From an uncultured bacterium (lineage in GTDB: Bacteria; Fermentibacterota; Fermentibacteria; Fermentibacterales; JCC-6): a DNA stretch of 64,000 bases. This document shows, in pieces, positions 1 through 10,069 of the stretch (within the stretch, counting starts at the first letter, position 1; every line of letters starts with the position of its first letter). The DNA lies in the NCBI GenBank assembly GCA_964386635.1, contig CAYLRO010000003.1:13345-77344 (forward strand), read 5' to 3'. Both the position numbers and the translations under genes were made by a program. The notes below the pieces were generated by a model that worked only from the letters and a program-made list of their open reading frames with translations, was not told where the DNA came from and did not search any database.

Positions 1-3000
1 AGCGGTACATTCGACTTCGGTACACCTGTCACAGCAGACAATGGCATGCCTCTCCTGGATGGTACCGTGAACATTCAGGAACCGGGCCTTCCCATGTATC
101 CGGTGAAAACCATTTTCGTACCTGTTCCTGAAGATGTTGTGCCTGAACTTCAATTCACATCTGTCATGTCCAGGGGGTTCACTTCTGAAATTCCCAGAGC
201 AGGAATGCTTCAAGGCAGCGGACTGGAAGTTGTAGAGGTACCTGCAGAACCTGTTGACAGAAGGATGGAAACCGTTGAACTCACAGGAGTATTCCCTCTG
301 GCAGGAACCCAGGTTGCAGTTGTGGATATCCATCCGCTCACTGAGCAGGGCCTGGCAAGCTCAGTGACAGTCTCTCTTTCATGGGATGACAGATCGTCCG
401 GCATGAGAATTCCTGAAAACCACCTGCTTTATGGACTGGCTCAGGGGAATGTATACTGGCCCGGGAGTTCTGAAAGAGCCTCGAGTCCTTTCTGGGGTAA
501 GCCCTGGGCGAGAGTTTCAATCAGTGAAACAGGAGGATACAGACTGACATGCGATGAACTTGAGGCAGGCGGTTGCCCGGTTACAGGAGCACCGGTTCAA
601 ACCCTTGCTCTCTTCTCGGGACCTGGGACTCAGTTCGATAATGCTCCGGAGACGGAACATCAGCTTGAACCTGTGGCTGTTGTGGTGGAAGACAGCAATG
701 GAGACGGTTTTTTCAATGAAGACGATGCAGTTGTTTTCATTGCAGGCGGTCTGAACAGGTTTGAGTACAGAAACGGCGTTCTTGAATGGCTCTATCACCG
801 CTATGCAGATGACAGGGTCTACTGGCTTACCTGGGGTGGAGACAACGGCGAAAGGATGGATGCTGTTTCCGGCTCTCCTGACAGTTCCCCTTCATGGGGT
901 TCTTCAATCCCTCACATTGTGCACATGGAAGAGAGTGGAGTCTGGATGCCCGAGTGGGAAAGGAGAACCGGATGGTTCCAGGAAAAAGTCTCTTCCGGCG
1001 AACAGATCACAATTCCAATTGATGTTGACTACACTTCAGGGTTGTCTGAAGTAACTATTGTTTTTGCTGTAACAGAACCGTCTTCATATGAAATAAGCCT
1101 TCAGGGTTACGGTTCTGTCCAGCTAAGCGGTTCCGGTTCGGCTCAAGCAGTATTCAGTGATGTTGATCTCTCCGGTTTGAGTCAGCTGCAGGTGGGTTTT
1201 GATTCAGAGAATCCTGATGCGGATGTATACCTTGACTATGTGGAGTTAAGTTTTCCTGCAGATGCATCTGCTTCAGGAAGAAGGCTCTTCCCCGGAGGTC
1301 CCGCAGGCAGGTACACTTTCCAGATACAGGGCGGAATAAGTGCTGCCTTTGATACCAGTGATCTGATGAATCCGCTTGTTATAACCGGAGGCACACAGAG
1401 TTCCGGTGTGTATTCTTTTTCCTATACCCTGACAGATACAAGCTCAATCATGGTTCTGGGAGAAGACGACTGGCTGTCACCTGAGACAGTCGCCTCTTCA
1501 TCTCCAGGCAGACTGGTGGGAACAATATTTTCCGGAAACAGGCTTCTGGTTGTTCCTCCTGAGTTTACCAATGATGCCCTTGCTCTTGAATATCTGCTTG
1601 AAGAAATTGGCTATTCGGTTGTAACAGCAACCACTGAGGAGATATACGACGAATTTGGACAGGGAGTGAAAGACCCCGGGGCCATCAGATCTGCTGTAAG
1701 ATGGGGCATGGATTCCTGGTCAACCCCGCTGAGTACTGTGATTCTCTGCGGAGACGGCAACTATGATCCCATGGGATATTCAACAACCAGTCCCGACCTG
1801 GTTCCTGCCATGATATTCGTAGGCGGTTCTTCAAGTTATCCCGCATGGGCTGTTGAAGACTGGTTCTCTCAGGTACACGAAAACTCATATTTTCCGGAGA
1901 TTCCTGTTGCCAGGATACCTGCTGGAAATGCTGCAGCATTCGGAACAGTTTGTGCAAAGAGTGCATTGTACTATTCCGGCGAAACCGGAGGAAGCTGGAG
2001 CAGCAGAGCGGTGTTGTTCGCTGATGACGAGTGGGGGAAAGACGGAGCCTGGCAAGAAGGATATCATACCGAGCATCTTGAGGAAATCTGTTACGGCGAT
2101 CTTCCTGTTCACGCCACTCCGGAAAAATTTTACCTGATAGACTTTCCCTGGCCTCCAGGAACTACCCCACAGAGTGTTCACCCTGAAAAGCCCGACGCCA
2201 GGGCTGCTTTCCTTAACCTTTGGAACAGCGGGATGGGTCTTCTGGTCTTTCACGGTCATGGCTCTGCCAACCAGCTTGCTCACGAGAAGGTCCTCCTGGG
2301 GGATGATCCAGCAGCGATGGAAAACGGTTCCAGGCTTCCGCTGGTGATGTTCATGTCGTGTGATGTTTCAAGATTCTTCAATCCAGGGATTGACTGTATC
2401 GGAGAGAAGGTTGTGTACCATCCAGGTGGCGGTGCCATCGCATCCATCGGAGCAACGGGACCTACCGGCTCCGGTGGTAACTTAGCCTATTCTCAGGCGA
2501 TTCTGGGATATATCTTCAGCGAAGAAGACAGATCTATGGGATATGCTTTCTGGGCGGGAAAACTGGAGGCAGGAAGGTCAGGCAATTCCTCATACTATGT
2601 TTTTCTCGGAGTTCCCGACCTCCCTCTCATGATGTCTCAACATCTGGTACAGGTTGAAGTTGAGAATGACACCCTCTATTCAGGAGAGATCAATACGGTG
2701 TCAGGTTCGGGGGTTTCTCAGGACGGGCTTGCTCTGATTGAGATATCCGAATCTGATATACCATGGCAGTACACCATGATAGGTGGAGGAGTGATAGATT
2801 ACTTCAGGCAGGGTGGTACAGCATGGAGAGGGCGGGAGCCTCTCTCTCACGGCAGTTTCACTGCTGAATGCATGATCCCTGTCTCCAGTTCGGAAGGCTA
2901 CCTTGCCAGAGCAGATGCCGCTTCCGTTGTTGCTTCAGGTATTGAGTTCGGCGCTGATGCTCCGCTTGTCCTGGTTCAAGGCGATGCTCCCACTGATTTC

Positions 3001-3636
3001 CAGGGTCCTGAAATATCCATGTGGATCACCGGGCAGAAAGAGTCAACAGAACCTGTGATAACAGGTGAAGGGCAGCTGGAAGCAGAGCTTTCCGACCCCA
3101 GCGGTATCACATTCCTGGGCAGAACCGGAAAAACCATTCAACTGTTCGTGGATGACACTGAGTACGACCTTTCGGATTCATTCTCCTACAACACAGGATC
3201 AACTGAAACAGGTCAGCTGCAGTATACCATGTCCGGCCTGGCAGCAGGGCAGCACAGGCTGATCCTCAGGGCTCAGGACGGAGTTGGGAACCCTTCCTCC
3301 GATACGCTTTATATCACATCAACAGATGCCGCTGATGTTGCCATACAGCAGCATCTTGTCTATCCGAACCCGGGTACGGGAACAAGATGCTTCAGTTTCA
3401 ATGTTTCTTCTTCAGCTCAGGTTACAGTTTCAATATTCACCACAGCAGGCAGATGTATTCAGAGACTTTCACAGTACTGTAACCAGGGATACAACCAGAT
3501 CATCTGGGACGGGTTTGACGGTGATGGTGACATTCCTGCTTCCGGTGCTTACATTTACATGATCGAGGCACAGACGGAGAACGGCCTTTTCAGCCAGTCT
3601 TCAACTGTGACCGGAGTTCTGGCCACGGTTAACTGA
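1..3636 (+). CDS. Gingipain-like (peptidase C25 family) secreted protein with T9SS C-terminal sorting domain. Truncated at the 5' end by the window edge.
   Basis: The reading frame is open from position 1, and the first Met at 46 is not preceded by a signal peptide. The translation has the C25-type His/Cys motifs (LVFHGHGSAN ... MFMSCDVSRF). The C-terminal ~80 aa (VYPNPGTGTRC...VTVSIFTTAGRCIQ...GAYIYMIEAQTENG) look like a Por/T9SS sorting domain. The gene ends at a TGA stop. Confidence 0.6.
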   Translation, partial: SGTFDFGTPVTADNGMPLLDGTVNIQEPGLPMYPVKTIFVPVPEDVVPELQFTSVMSRGFTSEIPRAGMLQGSGLEVVEVPAEPVDRRMETVELTGVFPLAGTQVAVVDIHPLTEQGLASSVTVSLSWDDRSSGMRIPENHLLYGLAQGNVYWPGSSERASSPFWGKPWARVSISETGGYRLTCDELEAGGCPVTGAPVQTLALFSGPGTQFDNAPETEHQLEPVAVVVEDSNGDGFFNEDDAVVFIAGGLNRFEYRNGVLEWLYHRYADDRVYWLTWGGDNGERMDAVSGSPDSSPSWGSSIPHIVHMEESGVWMPEWERRTGWFQEKVSSGEQITIPIDVDYTSGLSEVTIVFAVTEPSSYEISLQGYGSVQLSGSGSAQAVFSDVDLSGLSQLQVGFDSENPDADVYLDYVELSFPADASASGRRLFPGGPAGRYTFQIQGGISAAFDTSDLMNPLVITGGTQSSGVYSFSYTLTDTSSIMVLGEDDWLSPETVASSSPGRLVGTIFSGNRLLVVPPEFTNDALALEYLLEEIGYSVVTATTEEIYDEFGQGVKDPGAIRSAVRWGMDSWSTPLSTVILCGDGNYDPMGYSTTSPDLVPAMIFVGGSSSYPAWAVEDWFSQVHENSYFPEIPVARIPAGNAAAFGTVCAKSALYYSGETGGSWSSRAVLFADDEWGKDGAWQEGYHTEHLEEICYGDLPVHATPEKFYLIDFPWPPGTTPQSVHPEKPDARAAFLNLWNSGMGLLVFHGHGSANQLAHEKVLLGDDPAAMENGSRLPLVMFMSCDVSRFFNPGIDCIGEKVVYHPGGGAIASIGATGPTGSGGNLAYSQAILGYIFSEEDRSMGYAFWAGKLEAGRSGNSSYYVFLGVPDLPLMMSQHLVQVEVENDTLYSGEINTVSGSGVSQDGLALIEISESDIPWQYTMIGGGVIDYFRQGGTAWRGREPLSHGSFTAECMIPVSSSEGYLARADAASVVASGIEFGADAPLVLVQGDAPTDFQGPEISMWITGQKESTEPVITGEGQLEAELSDPSGITFLGRTGKTIQLFVDDTEYDLSDSFSYNTGSTETGQLQYTMSGLAAGQHRLILRAQDGVGNPSSDTLYITSTDAADVAIQQHLVYPNPGTGTRCFSFNVSSSAQVTVSIFTTAGRCIQRLSQYCNQGYNQIIWDGFDGDGDIPASGAYIYMIEAQTENGLFSQSSTVTGVLATVN

Positions 3637-3661
3637 GCACATTCGCCCGGAGGGTGAGATA

Positions 3662-4801
3662 ATGGGCAGCGACAAGATCAGCTGGTTATGGACACAGGTT
3701 GAAGAAGCTCGAGCTTCAAGAGACACAGAAAAGGCAAGAGAAAGCCTTGAACGGCTTCTGGAAGACAGTTCTGTGAAAGGCACGCCGGATGAGAATCTGG
3801 CTGCTCTTGAAATATCCCGTCTGGACATGGAATCCGGCAGACTGAATGAAGCAGCAAAACGGCTGGCGAATTTCAAGTGGGCAGGCATACCCGGTCCTGC
3901 TGCCATGCTTCTTGGTGCTGATGTATTCATGAAACTGGACAGGTTCGAGATGTCACTTGACGCCCTTGAATCTTACCTGAAACAGTATCCCAGAGACATT
4001 GATGCACAGCGGAAGAAAGGTCTCATCCTTTTGATGCTTCACAGGGATCAGGAAGCCGAGAGGATTCTGCTTTCAGTTGCCCGTAGAGAGAAATACAGAG
4101 TTCCTTCAACACTGACATACCTGGCGCTTCTGGAAGCAAAGGCAAACAGGCTGGAGGAAAGCCTTCACCTTCTTCTGCAGGCCAGGGAGCTGGCCCCGTT
4201 TGATGAGAAGATCGAACACAGCCTGCTCCGGATCGAGGCCCTCAGGGTACAGATGAGACGAAGTGCAGTTGAGAGCACGAAGCTTCCCCTCGAGGATGTT
4301 GTTCCAGGAATGACAGCAGGGATGCTGGGGCTGCACGGTTATTCCCCCAATCGTGCTCGAATTGCCTCGGAGGCCTGGAAGAAATTCTGTGCTGTGAACA
4401 CTCCCGCTGGAAGAAAACCCGAGACCTGGGCAGCGGCTCTGGAGTATGCTGTTACAAGGGAGGGTCCTCATCATACACAGGAGCAGCTGGCAGCTGAGTA
4501 TGGTGTATCTGTGACTCAGCTGAGGGATCATTATCAGGTGATAAGGGATTCTGTTGATCTTCCATCAGCAAACCTTCTTGAAGAGGTTGCAGAAGAGGGT
4601 TCCGATCTTCTCCGGGAGGCCAGGAAAGAAGAGATAGCAGCAGTTCTGGCTGAACTGGGTTCAGAAAACGGCAAATTCCGCAGTGCAGCAGAAGCAGCTT
4701 CCTGGGTTTTCGAAAGAGTCTCTCCTGTAGACGACAAACAGCGACGGGAAATGGAAGAGTTTGTTGCATACATCTGGCGCAGAAAGAATTACGATACTTA
4801 A
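3662..4801 (+). CDS. Hypothetical TPR-like repeat protein with a possible C-terminal HTH-like segment
   Basis: The 379-aa ORF has the RBS GGAGGGTGAG about 6 nt upstream. The N-terminal half is helical-repeat-like. The C-terminal segment EQLAAEYGVSVTQLRDHY resembles a helix-turn-helix. No family was recognised. Confidence 0.5.
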   Translation: MGSDKISWLWTQVEEARASRDTEKARESLERLLEDSSVKGTPDENLAALEISRLDMESGRLNEAAKRLANFKWAGIPGPAAMLLGADVFMKLDRFEMSLDALESYLKQYPRDIDAQRKKGLILLMLHRDQEAERILLSVARREKYRVPSTLTYLALLEAKANRLEESLHLLLQARELAPFDEKIEHSLLRIEALRVQMRRSAVESTKLPLEDVVPGMTAGMLGLHGYSPNRARIASEAWKKFCAVNTPAGRKPETWAAALEYAVTREGPHHTQEQLAAEYGVSVTQLRDHYQVIRDSVDLPSANLLEEVAEEGSDLLREARKEEIAAVLAELGSENGKFRSAAEAASWVFERVSPVDDKQRREMEEFVAYIWRRKNYDT

Positions 4802-4949
4802 CCACCTGTCTCTTGTGAATTATTATATTAGCGCTGATTCTTTCAGGTGGATGCCACTGCTTGTTGAAGGTGGTAACATGTTCGCCTGAAAAGATTTACA
4901 GCATATTCTGCACACTGAAAGTATATCTAATTCAACGGAACGGGAAAAC

Positions 4950-7715
4950 ATGACCAGCAAGAAGTATGTGTATCACTTCGGCTCCACGGGAACCGATGGC
5001 GACCGAACGATGAAAGAACTACTGGGTGGCAAGGGTGCCAACCTTGCGGAAATGACCAGAATAGGAATGCCGGTTCCCCCGGGATTCACCATATCAACAG
5101 AAACATGCGACGCTTTCTACAAAGCCGGTTCAGTATGGCCCGAGGGTCTTGATGACCAGGTAAGAGCCGGTATTGAAAAACTGGAAAAGGAACTGGGCAA
5201 GAAGTTCGGCGACCCGGTTAATCCTCTTCTCGTTTCCGTAAGAAGCGGTGCAGCGGTATCCATGCCTGGAATGATGGACACTGTTCTTAACCTGGGTATC
5301 AATGACGACACCCTTAAAGCAGTGGCAGAGAAGAGTGGCAACGAGAGGTTCGCCTGGGATTCATACAGACGCTTCATGCAGATGTTCGGTGATGTTGTAA
5401 TGAATATTCCTCATAGCGATTTCGAGCATGCCCTGCAGAGTCTTAAGGACCAGAAGGGTGTTAAACTTGACACTGATCTTGGCGTGGAAGATCTGAAAGA
5501 ACTTGTGTCTCTTTACAGAGATATTTATCGCAAAGCAATAGGGGAAGATTTCCCTACTGATCCCTGGGTACAGCTGACAAAGGCAGTGAACGCCGTATTC
5601 AGCAGCTGGAACAACTCCAGGGCAATCAGATATCGCGAGCTTAACGAGATCAGGGGTCTCATAGGAACAGCCGTTAATGTTCAGGCAATGGTGTTCGGTA
5701 ACATGGGTGGAGAATCAGGCACAGGTGTCTGCTTCACAAGAGATCCGGCAACCGGCGAGAATGTCTTCTACGGCGAGTACCTGATGGATGCACAGGGAGA
5801 GGATGTCGTTGCCGGTATCCGTACCCCTCAGCCTATTGCCACCCTTGATGGACAGGATCCCGACTCTTATAGAAAACTTCTTGACCTTCGTGAGAAGCTT
5901 GAACTTCATTACCATGATATGCAGGATATCGAGTTCACAATCGAGGAAGGTGTTCTTTACCTTCTTCAGACAAGAACCGGTAAGAGGACTGTTTTTGCAG
6001 CTCTTAACATGGCTGTGGACATGCACGAAGAGGGCCTCATCAGCAAAGAAGAGGCTGTAATGAGAGTTCCCGCTCAGAGCTTTAATCAGCTTTTCGCTCC
6101 TATTCTGGGCAGTGAAAGCAAGGCTTCTGCCAGACTTCTTACAAAGGCCCTCAACGCATCTCCCGGTGGTGCCTGCGGCAAAGCCGTTTTCACTGCTGAA
6201 GCTGCAGAAGAGTGGGCTGCAAAAGGTGAGAGTGTTGTTCTTTGCAGACTTGAAACCAGCCCTGAGGATATTGGTGGAATGGCTGCGGCAAAAGGTATTC
6301 TCACAGCCCGTGGCGGCATGACAAGTCATGCAGCTGTTGTTGCCAGAGGAATGGGAGTACCCTGTGTTTCAGGTGCTGACGAGCTTCATATAGACAGCAC
6401 TCAGAGAATACTCAAGTGCGGCGATGTAACCATAACAGAGGGTGACATCATTGCCATCGACGGATTCACCGGACAGGTGTATGCCGGAGAGGTCAGTGTA
6501 AAACCCAGCGAGATCGTTCAGGTTCTCAGAGGAGAGATGAACGGCGAAGAAAGTTCCCTTTACACTAATTACGAGAAGCTTGTAGGCTGGGCTGACGAGA
6601 TCAGAAGACTTGATATCAGGACCAATGCTGATTCACCAAGAGACACAGAGATGGCTGTTCTCTTCGGGGCACAGGGCATAGGCCTCTGCAGAACAGAGCA
6701 CATGTTCTTCGAAGGTGACAGAATAGTTCCTTTCAGAAAGCTCATCCTGGTTGCTGATGAAGTGAAAAGGCTCAGGGAAAAAATAGAGGCAGGGGTGGAG
6801 GATACCGCTGCTCTTGAAGCTGAGCTCAGGGAACCTCTTGCATCATACAACGAAGCCATTGCCGAACTTCTTCCCCTTCAGCGGAATGATTTTGCAGGAA
6901 TCTACAGAGCGCTTAACGGGCGACCCTGTAATATCAGACTTCTTGACCCGCCTCTTCACGAGTTCCTGCCTCAGGACAACGACGGTCAGGAGGAGATGGC
7001 AGGTGTTATGGATGTGTCTCTTGAAGAGATAAAACTCAAGGTAGAATCTCTTCACGAGTTCAACCCCATGATGGGCCACAGAGGATGCCGTCTTGGTCTC
7101 ACCTATCCGGAAGTGGCTGATATGCAGGTGAGGGCCATTATGGAGGCTGCGATTGAGGTTGCAAACCAGGGAATCACCGTTCTTCCTGAAATAATGATTC
7201 CTCTGGTGGGCAATGTGAAAGAACTCGAGATTTCCAGAGAGAGAGCACAGAAGGTCATTGACGCAGTTCTTGCAGAGAACGGCAAAGCTGAAAACTTCAT
7301 CAACTACCATATCGGTACAATGATCGAGATACCCAGAGCTGCAGTGACAGCTGATGAGGTTGCCGGAGCTGCTGATTTCTTCAGTTTCGGAACAAATGAC
7401 CTTACACAGATGGGCTGCGGTTTCTCCAGAGACGATTCAGGAAAATTCCTGGATGACTATGTGAGAATGGGAGTGTACGAGAGAGATCCCTTTGCATCTC
7501 TGGATGTAAAAGGAATCGGCAGACTGGTGGAGATCGCTGTTAAGCTGGGTAGAGAAGCAAAGCCGGGACTTAAACTCGGTGTATGCGGTGAACACGGTGG
7601 AGATCCCAGTTCAATAAAATTCTTCAACGCAGTGGGGCTCGATTATGTGTCGTGCTCACCCTACAGGGTACCTGTTGCAAGGCTTGCAGCAGCTCAGGCG
7701 GTTCTTGAAGGATAA
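4950..7715 (+). CDS. ppdK: Pyruvate, phosphate dikinase
   Basis: The 921-aa ORF has a PPDK-like N-terminus (KYVYHFGSTGTDGDRTMKELLGGKGANLAEMTRIGMPVPPGFTIST) and a PEP-utilising phospho-His motif (GGMTSHAAVVARGMG), followed by a C-terminal PEP-binding TIM-barrel domain. Confidence 0.97.
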   Translation: MTSKKYVYHFGSTGTDGDRTMKELLGGKGANLAEMTRIGMPVPPGFTISTETCDAFYKAGSVWPEGLDDQVRAGIEKLEKELGKKFGDPVNPLLVSVRSGAAVSMPGMMDTVLNLGINDDTLKAVAEKSGNERFAWDSYRRFMQMFGDVVMNIPHSDFEHALQSLKDQKGVKLDTDLGVEDLKELVSLYRDIYRKAIGEDFPTDPWVQLTKAVNAVFSSWNNSRAIRYRELNEIRGLIGTAVNVQAMVFGNMGGESGTGVCFTRDPATGENVFYGEYLMDAQGEDVVAGIRTPQPIATLDGQDPDSYRKLLDLREKLELHYHDMQDIEFTIEEGVLYLLQTRTGKRTVFAALNMAVDMHEEGLISKEEAVMRVPAQSFNQLFAPILGSESKASARLLTKALNASPGGACGKAVFTAEAAEEWAAKGESVVLCRLETSPEDIGGMAAAKGILTARGGMTSHAAVVARGMGVPCVSGADELHIDSTQRILKCGDVTITEGDIIAIDGFTGQVYAGEVSVKPSEIVQVLRGEMNGEESSLYTNYEKLVGWADEIRRLDIRTNADSPRDTEMAVLFGAQGIGLCRTEHMFFEGDRIVPFRKLILVADEVKRLREKIEAGVEDTAALEAELREPLASYNEAIAELLPLQRNDFAGIYRALNGRPCNIRLLDPPLHEFLPQDNDGQEEMAGVMDVSLEEIKLKVESLHEFNPMMGHRGCRLGLTYPEVADMQVRAIMEAAIEVANQGITVLPEIMIPLVGNVKELEISRERAQKVIDAVLAENGKAENFINYHIGTMIEIPRAAVTADEVAGAADFFSFGTNDLTQMGCGFSRDDSGKFLDDYVRMGVYERDPFASLDVKGIGRLVEIAVKLGREAKPGLKLGVCGEHGGDPSSIKFFNAVGLDYVSCSPYRVPVARLAAAQAVLEG

Positions 7716-7738
7716 AGATTTAACCCGGGGCGGTTTCT

Positions 7739-10069
7739 GTGAAGAGGAATGATATACTTCTGGCACTGGGAAGCCCCGCTCTCCTGAAAACAATGGAAGA
7801 GGCCCTCCTTCGGGAGGGTCTCTCTGTTCAGACTGCCGGGAACGGTATTGATGCAGTTCTGACAGCTGTAAAGACCAGACCCAGGTGCGTTCTCTGCGGA
7901 CAGATACTGGCAGGTTTGGATGGCATTAAAGTGTGCCGCCTGCTAAGGTCGTTTAATTCAAGCAGAGAAATGCCGGTCATTGTGAGTATCCCTGACAGCA
8001 AACCGGAGATGCGCAGCAGGGCTCTCAGTGCAGGAGCTTCAGCAGTTGTGGATTACTCTACACCTGCAGGAGAGATTGCTCAGCTTGTCAGACTTCACAG
8101 CTCGGATTCCATCACTCAGCCTTCCTTTGCTGTATCCTCTTTTCCAAGGGACAGGATACTGCCTATGGCAGCAGACTGTATCGAGGAATCTCTGGAAACA
8201 ATTGAGACCGTGGTAAGACTGGCCGGTGAAATGAAGGGGATTTCTTCCATTGCTGAAGCCTGCAGAAAGATGTCTGCAGGTATCCTTGGAGGGCTTGGAT
8301 TTCAAAGAGTATGGATCGGCGTGTTAAACAGTTCCAGGTCTCGGATTGAAGCTGTTGCTTACAGGGGAAGGGGAGTGACTGGAGAAGCGATAAATCTTTC
8401 TGCCGCAGGGGGCAGGCTTCCTGCAGATATTGCTGTATCCAGTGGCTCTCAAGTTGTTTCCTGGGAATGTGATTCAGGGCTGACAGGTCTTGAGTGGGCA
8501 GGCAGCAGTTCCTTCATTGACACCCCTTTCAGCTCCGGGTATGGCATTGCAGGTCTTATCCGATGCGATAACGGACTTTCAAAAAAGAGAGCTTCTTCGG
8601 AGCAGTTGAGAAGCCTGGAAATGGCAGCTGATCTCCTTTCATCATTTGTAAGATATCTGGATTGTCAGGATCGTCTTGATGATGCCCTGGCGAATACCGG
8701 TAATCTTCTCTCAAGTCTTGATTCAGTAACAGTAACAGTTGATACGGATGGTTGGATCAGAGAGTTCAGCGGTGACTTTTCCCAGGTGCCGGGAATTACT
8801 GAACCCAGGCCCGGTACAAATCTTGAAGATTTTTTCAGAAGATTTCCTGAGGATGTTTCCGAGGATATTCTCAAAGGGGTAATTACTGAGAAGTGCAGTT
8901 TCCTCAAAAAGGGTGTTCGGCCGGAAAATGCTGAGGGCTATGTTGATATCCATTGTGTCCATGGGGGAGCTGCAGGAGCAAAACTGCTGTTGACTGACCG
9001 GTCCAGCCAGGGACTTCTTGCAGGAAGAGTGGAGGTGCTGGAATTCGAGACAGACACCATGGCTTCCCTTGCGGCAGATCTCACCTCAGAAGTAGACGTG
9101 GGAGAGATTTGCAGGATTATATCAAGAACGGTGGAGACCTTCTATTCCATTGAATCCATCGCAGTTCTTGCTCCGGAGACATCAGTATCATCTTTCATTC
9201 CTGAATCCATGGTGGTATATGCGGTTTCCGGATCAAAGTATCACAGTGGAGCTCTTCTGCCGGGAGCAACGGTGTTTCTTGGCAAACAGGGAGAAACCGG
9301 TGTACTGGGAGAAGCTGTGAGAAAGACCAGGATCACCAATGTTCCCGATGTCCTCCAGTGTGATTTCTACCTCAGCGGTCTTGCTGAAACAAGAAGTGAA
9401 CTGGCTGTTCCAATGATATGCCGGGGCAGGGTTGTAGGGGTTGTGGATATACAAAGCCCTGAAAGATACCGGTTTCAGGCAGACGATATCAGAAGGATGA
9501 ACAACATCACGGCTTTCGCTGCAGGTGCACTGGAGTCAGCTCTTCAGCAGACTGAACTGATCAACATGGCCAGGCGCGATCGTCTTACCGGTCTCCATAA
9601 CATGACCTTTTTCGAGGAGCGCTATCCTGAAGAATTCGAAAGAGCACTCAGGTACGAGTATTCGTTCTCTCTGATAATGATGGACATTGATGATTTCAAA
9701 ATGTACAACGATGCATTCGGTCATCCCATGGGCAATGTACTTCTTCAGAAAGTCACCAGGGCAATGGGTAAAGCTCTCAGGGATGTTGATATTCTGGTGA
9801 GGTATGGTGGAGAGGAATTCATCTGTGTTCTGCCGTTGACAGATAAGCAGATAGCTGTTGAAATTGCAGAGCGGATCCGCACAAAGGTAATGGAAGCAAA
9901 TGAAGAAATCCCCAATGCCGATTCACAGCCTGGAGGTTTTGTCAGCCTCAGTCTGGGGGTGGCAACTTTTCCCGTTGACTCAAGAGAGAAAGATGAGCTG
10001 GTGGAACTGGCTGATCAGAGGATGTACCGGGCCAAACGGTCAGGTAAGAACAAAGTATGTCACAGCTGA
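7739..10069 (+). CDS. Response-regulator receiver + GAF domains + GGDEF diguanylate cyclase
   Basis: The gene has a GTG start 23 nt after the ppdK stop. The N-terminal region is REC-like. The central region resembles GAF domains. The C-terminal region has the GGDEF-family motif RYGGEEF and flanking DGC motifs (DIDDFKMYNDAFGHPMGN). Confidence 0.85.
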   Translation: MKRNDILLALGSPALLKTMEEALLREGLSVQTAGNGIDAVLTAVKTRPRCVLCGQILAGLDGIKVCRLLRSFNSSREMPVIVSIPDSKPEMRSRALSAGASAVVDYSTPAGEIAQLVRLHSSDSITQPSFAVSSFPRDRILPMAADCIEESLETIETVVRLAGEMKGISSIAEACRKMSAGILGGLGFQRVWIGVLNSSRSRIEAVAYRGRGVTGEAINLSAAGGRLPADIAVSSGSQVVSWECDSGLTGLEWAGSSSFIDTPFSSGYGIAGLIRCDNGLSKKRASSEQLRSLEMAADLLSSFVRYLDCQDRLDDALANTGNLLSSLDSVTVTVDTDGWIREFSGDFSQVPGITEPRPGTNLEDFFRRFPEDVSEDILKGVITEKCSFLKKGVRPENAEGYVDIHCVHGGAAGAKLLLTDRSSQGLLAGRVEVLEFETDTMASLAADLTSEVDVGEICRIISRTVETFYSIESIAVLAPETSVSSFIPESMVVYAVSGSKYHSGALLPGATVFLGKQGETGVLGEAVRKTRITNVPDVLQCDFYLSGLAETRSELAVPMICRGRVVGVVDIQSPERYRFQADDIRRMNNITAFAAGALESALQQTELINMARRDRLTGLHNMTFFEERYPEEFERALRYEYSFSLIMMDIDDFKMYNDAFGHPMGNVLLQKVTRAMGKALRDVDILVRYGGEEFICVLPLTDKQIAVEIAERIRTKVMEANEEIPNADSQPGGFVSLSLGVATFPVDSREKDELVELADQRMYRAKRSGKNKVCHS

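Noticed and set aside
4802-4949. Possible tRNA or terminator in the 148-bp gap before ppdK
   Set aside because: There is no T-loop-like GGTTCGA motif or cloverleaf. The ACCACCTG/CAGGTGG inverted repeat has a 36-nt loop and no T-run, so it was not called.
5715-6329. 204-aa minus-strand ORF inside ppdK. Similar long antisense ORFs lie inside the RND genes (39437..40039, 41581..42126, 43198..43791), trkH (52734..53294) and other genes.
   Set aside because: All lie fully inside strongly supported genes on the opposite strand. They are chance ORFs in GC-rich coding sequence.
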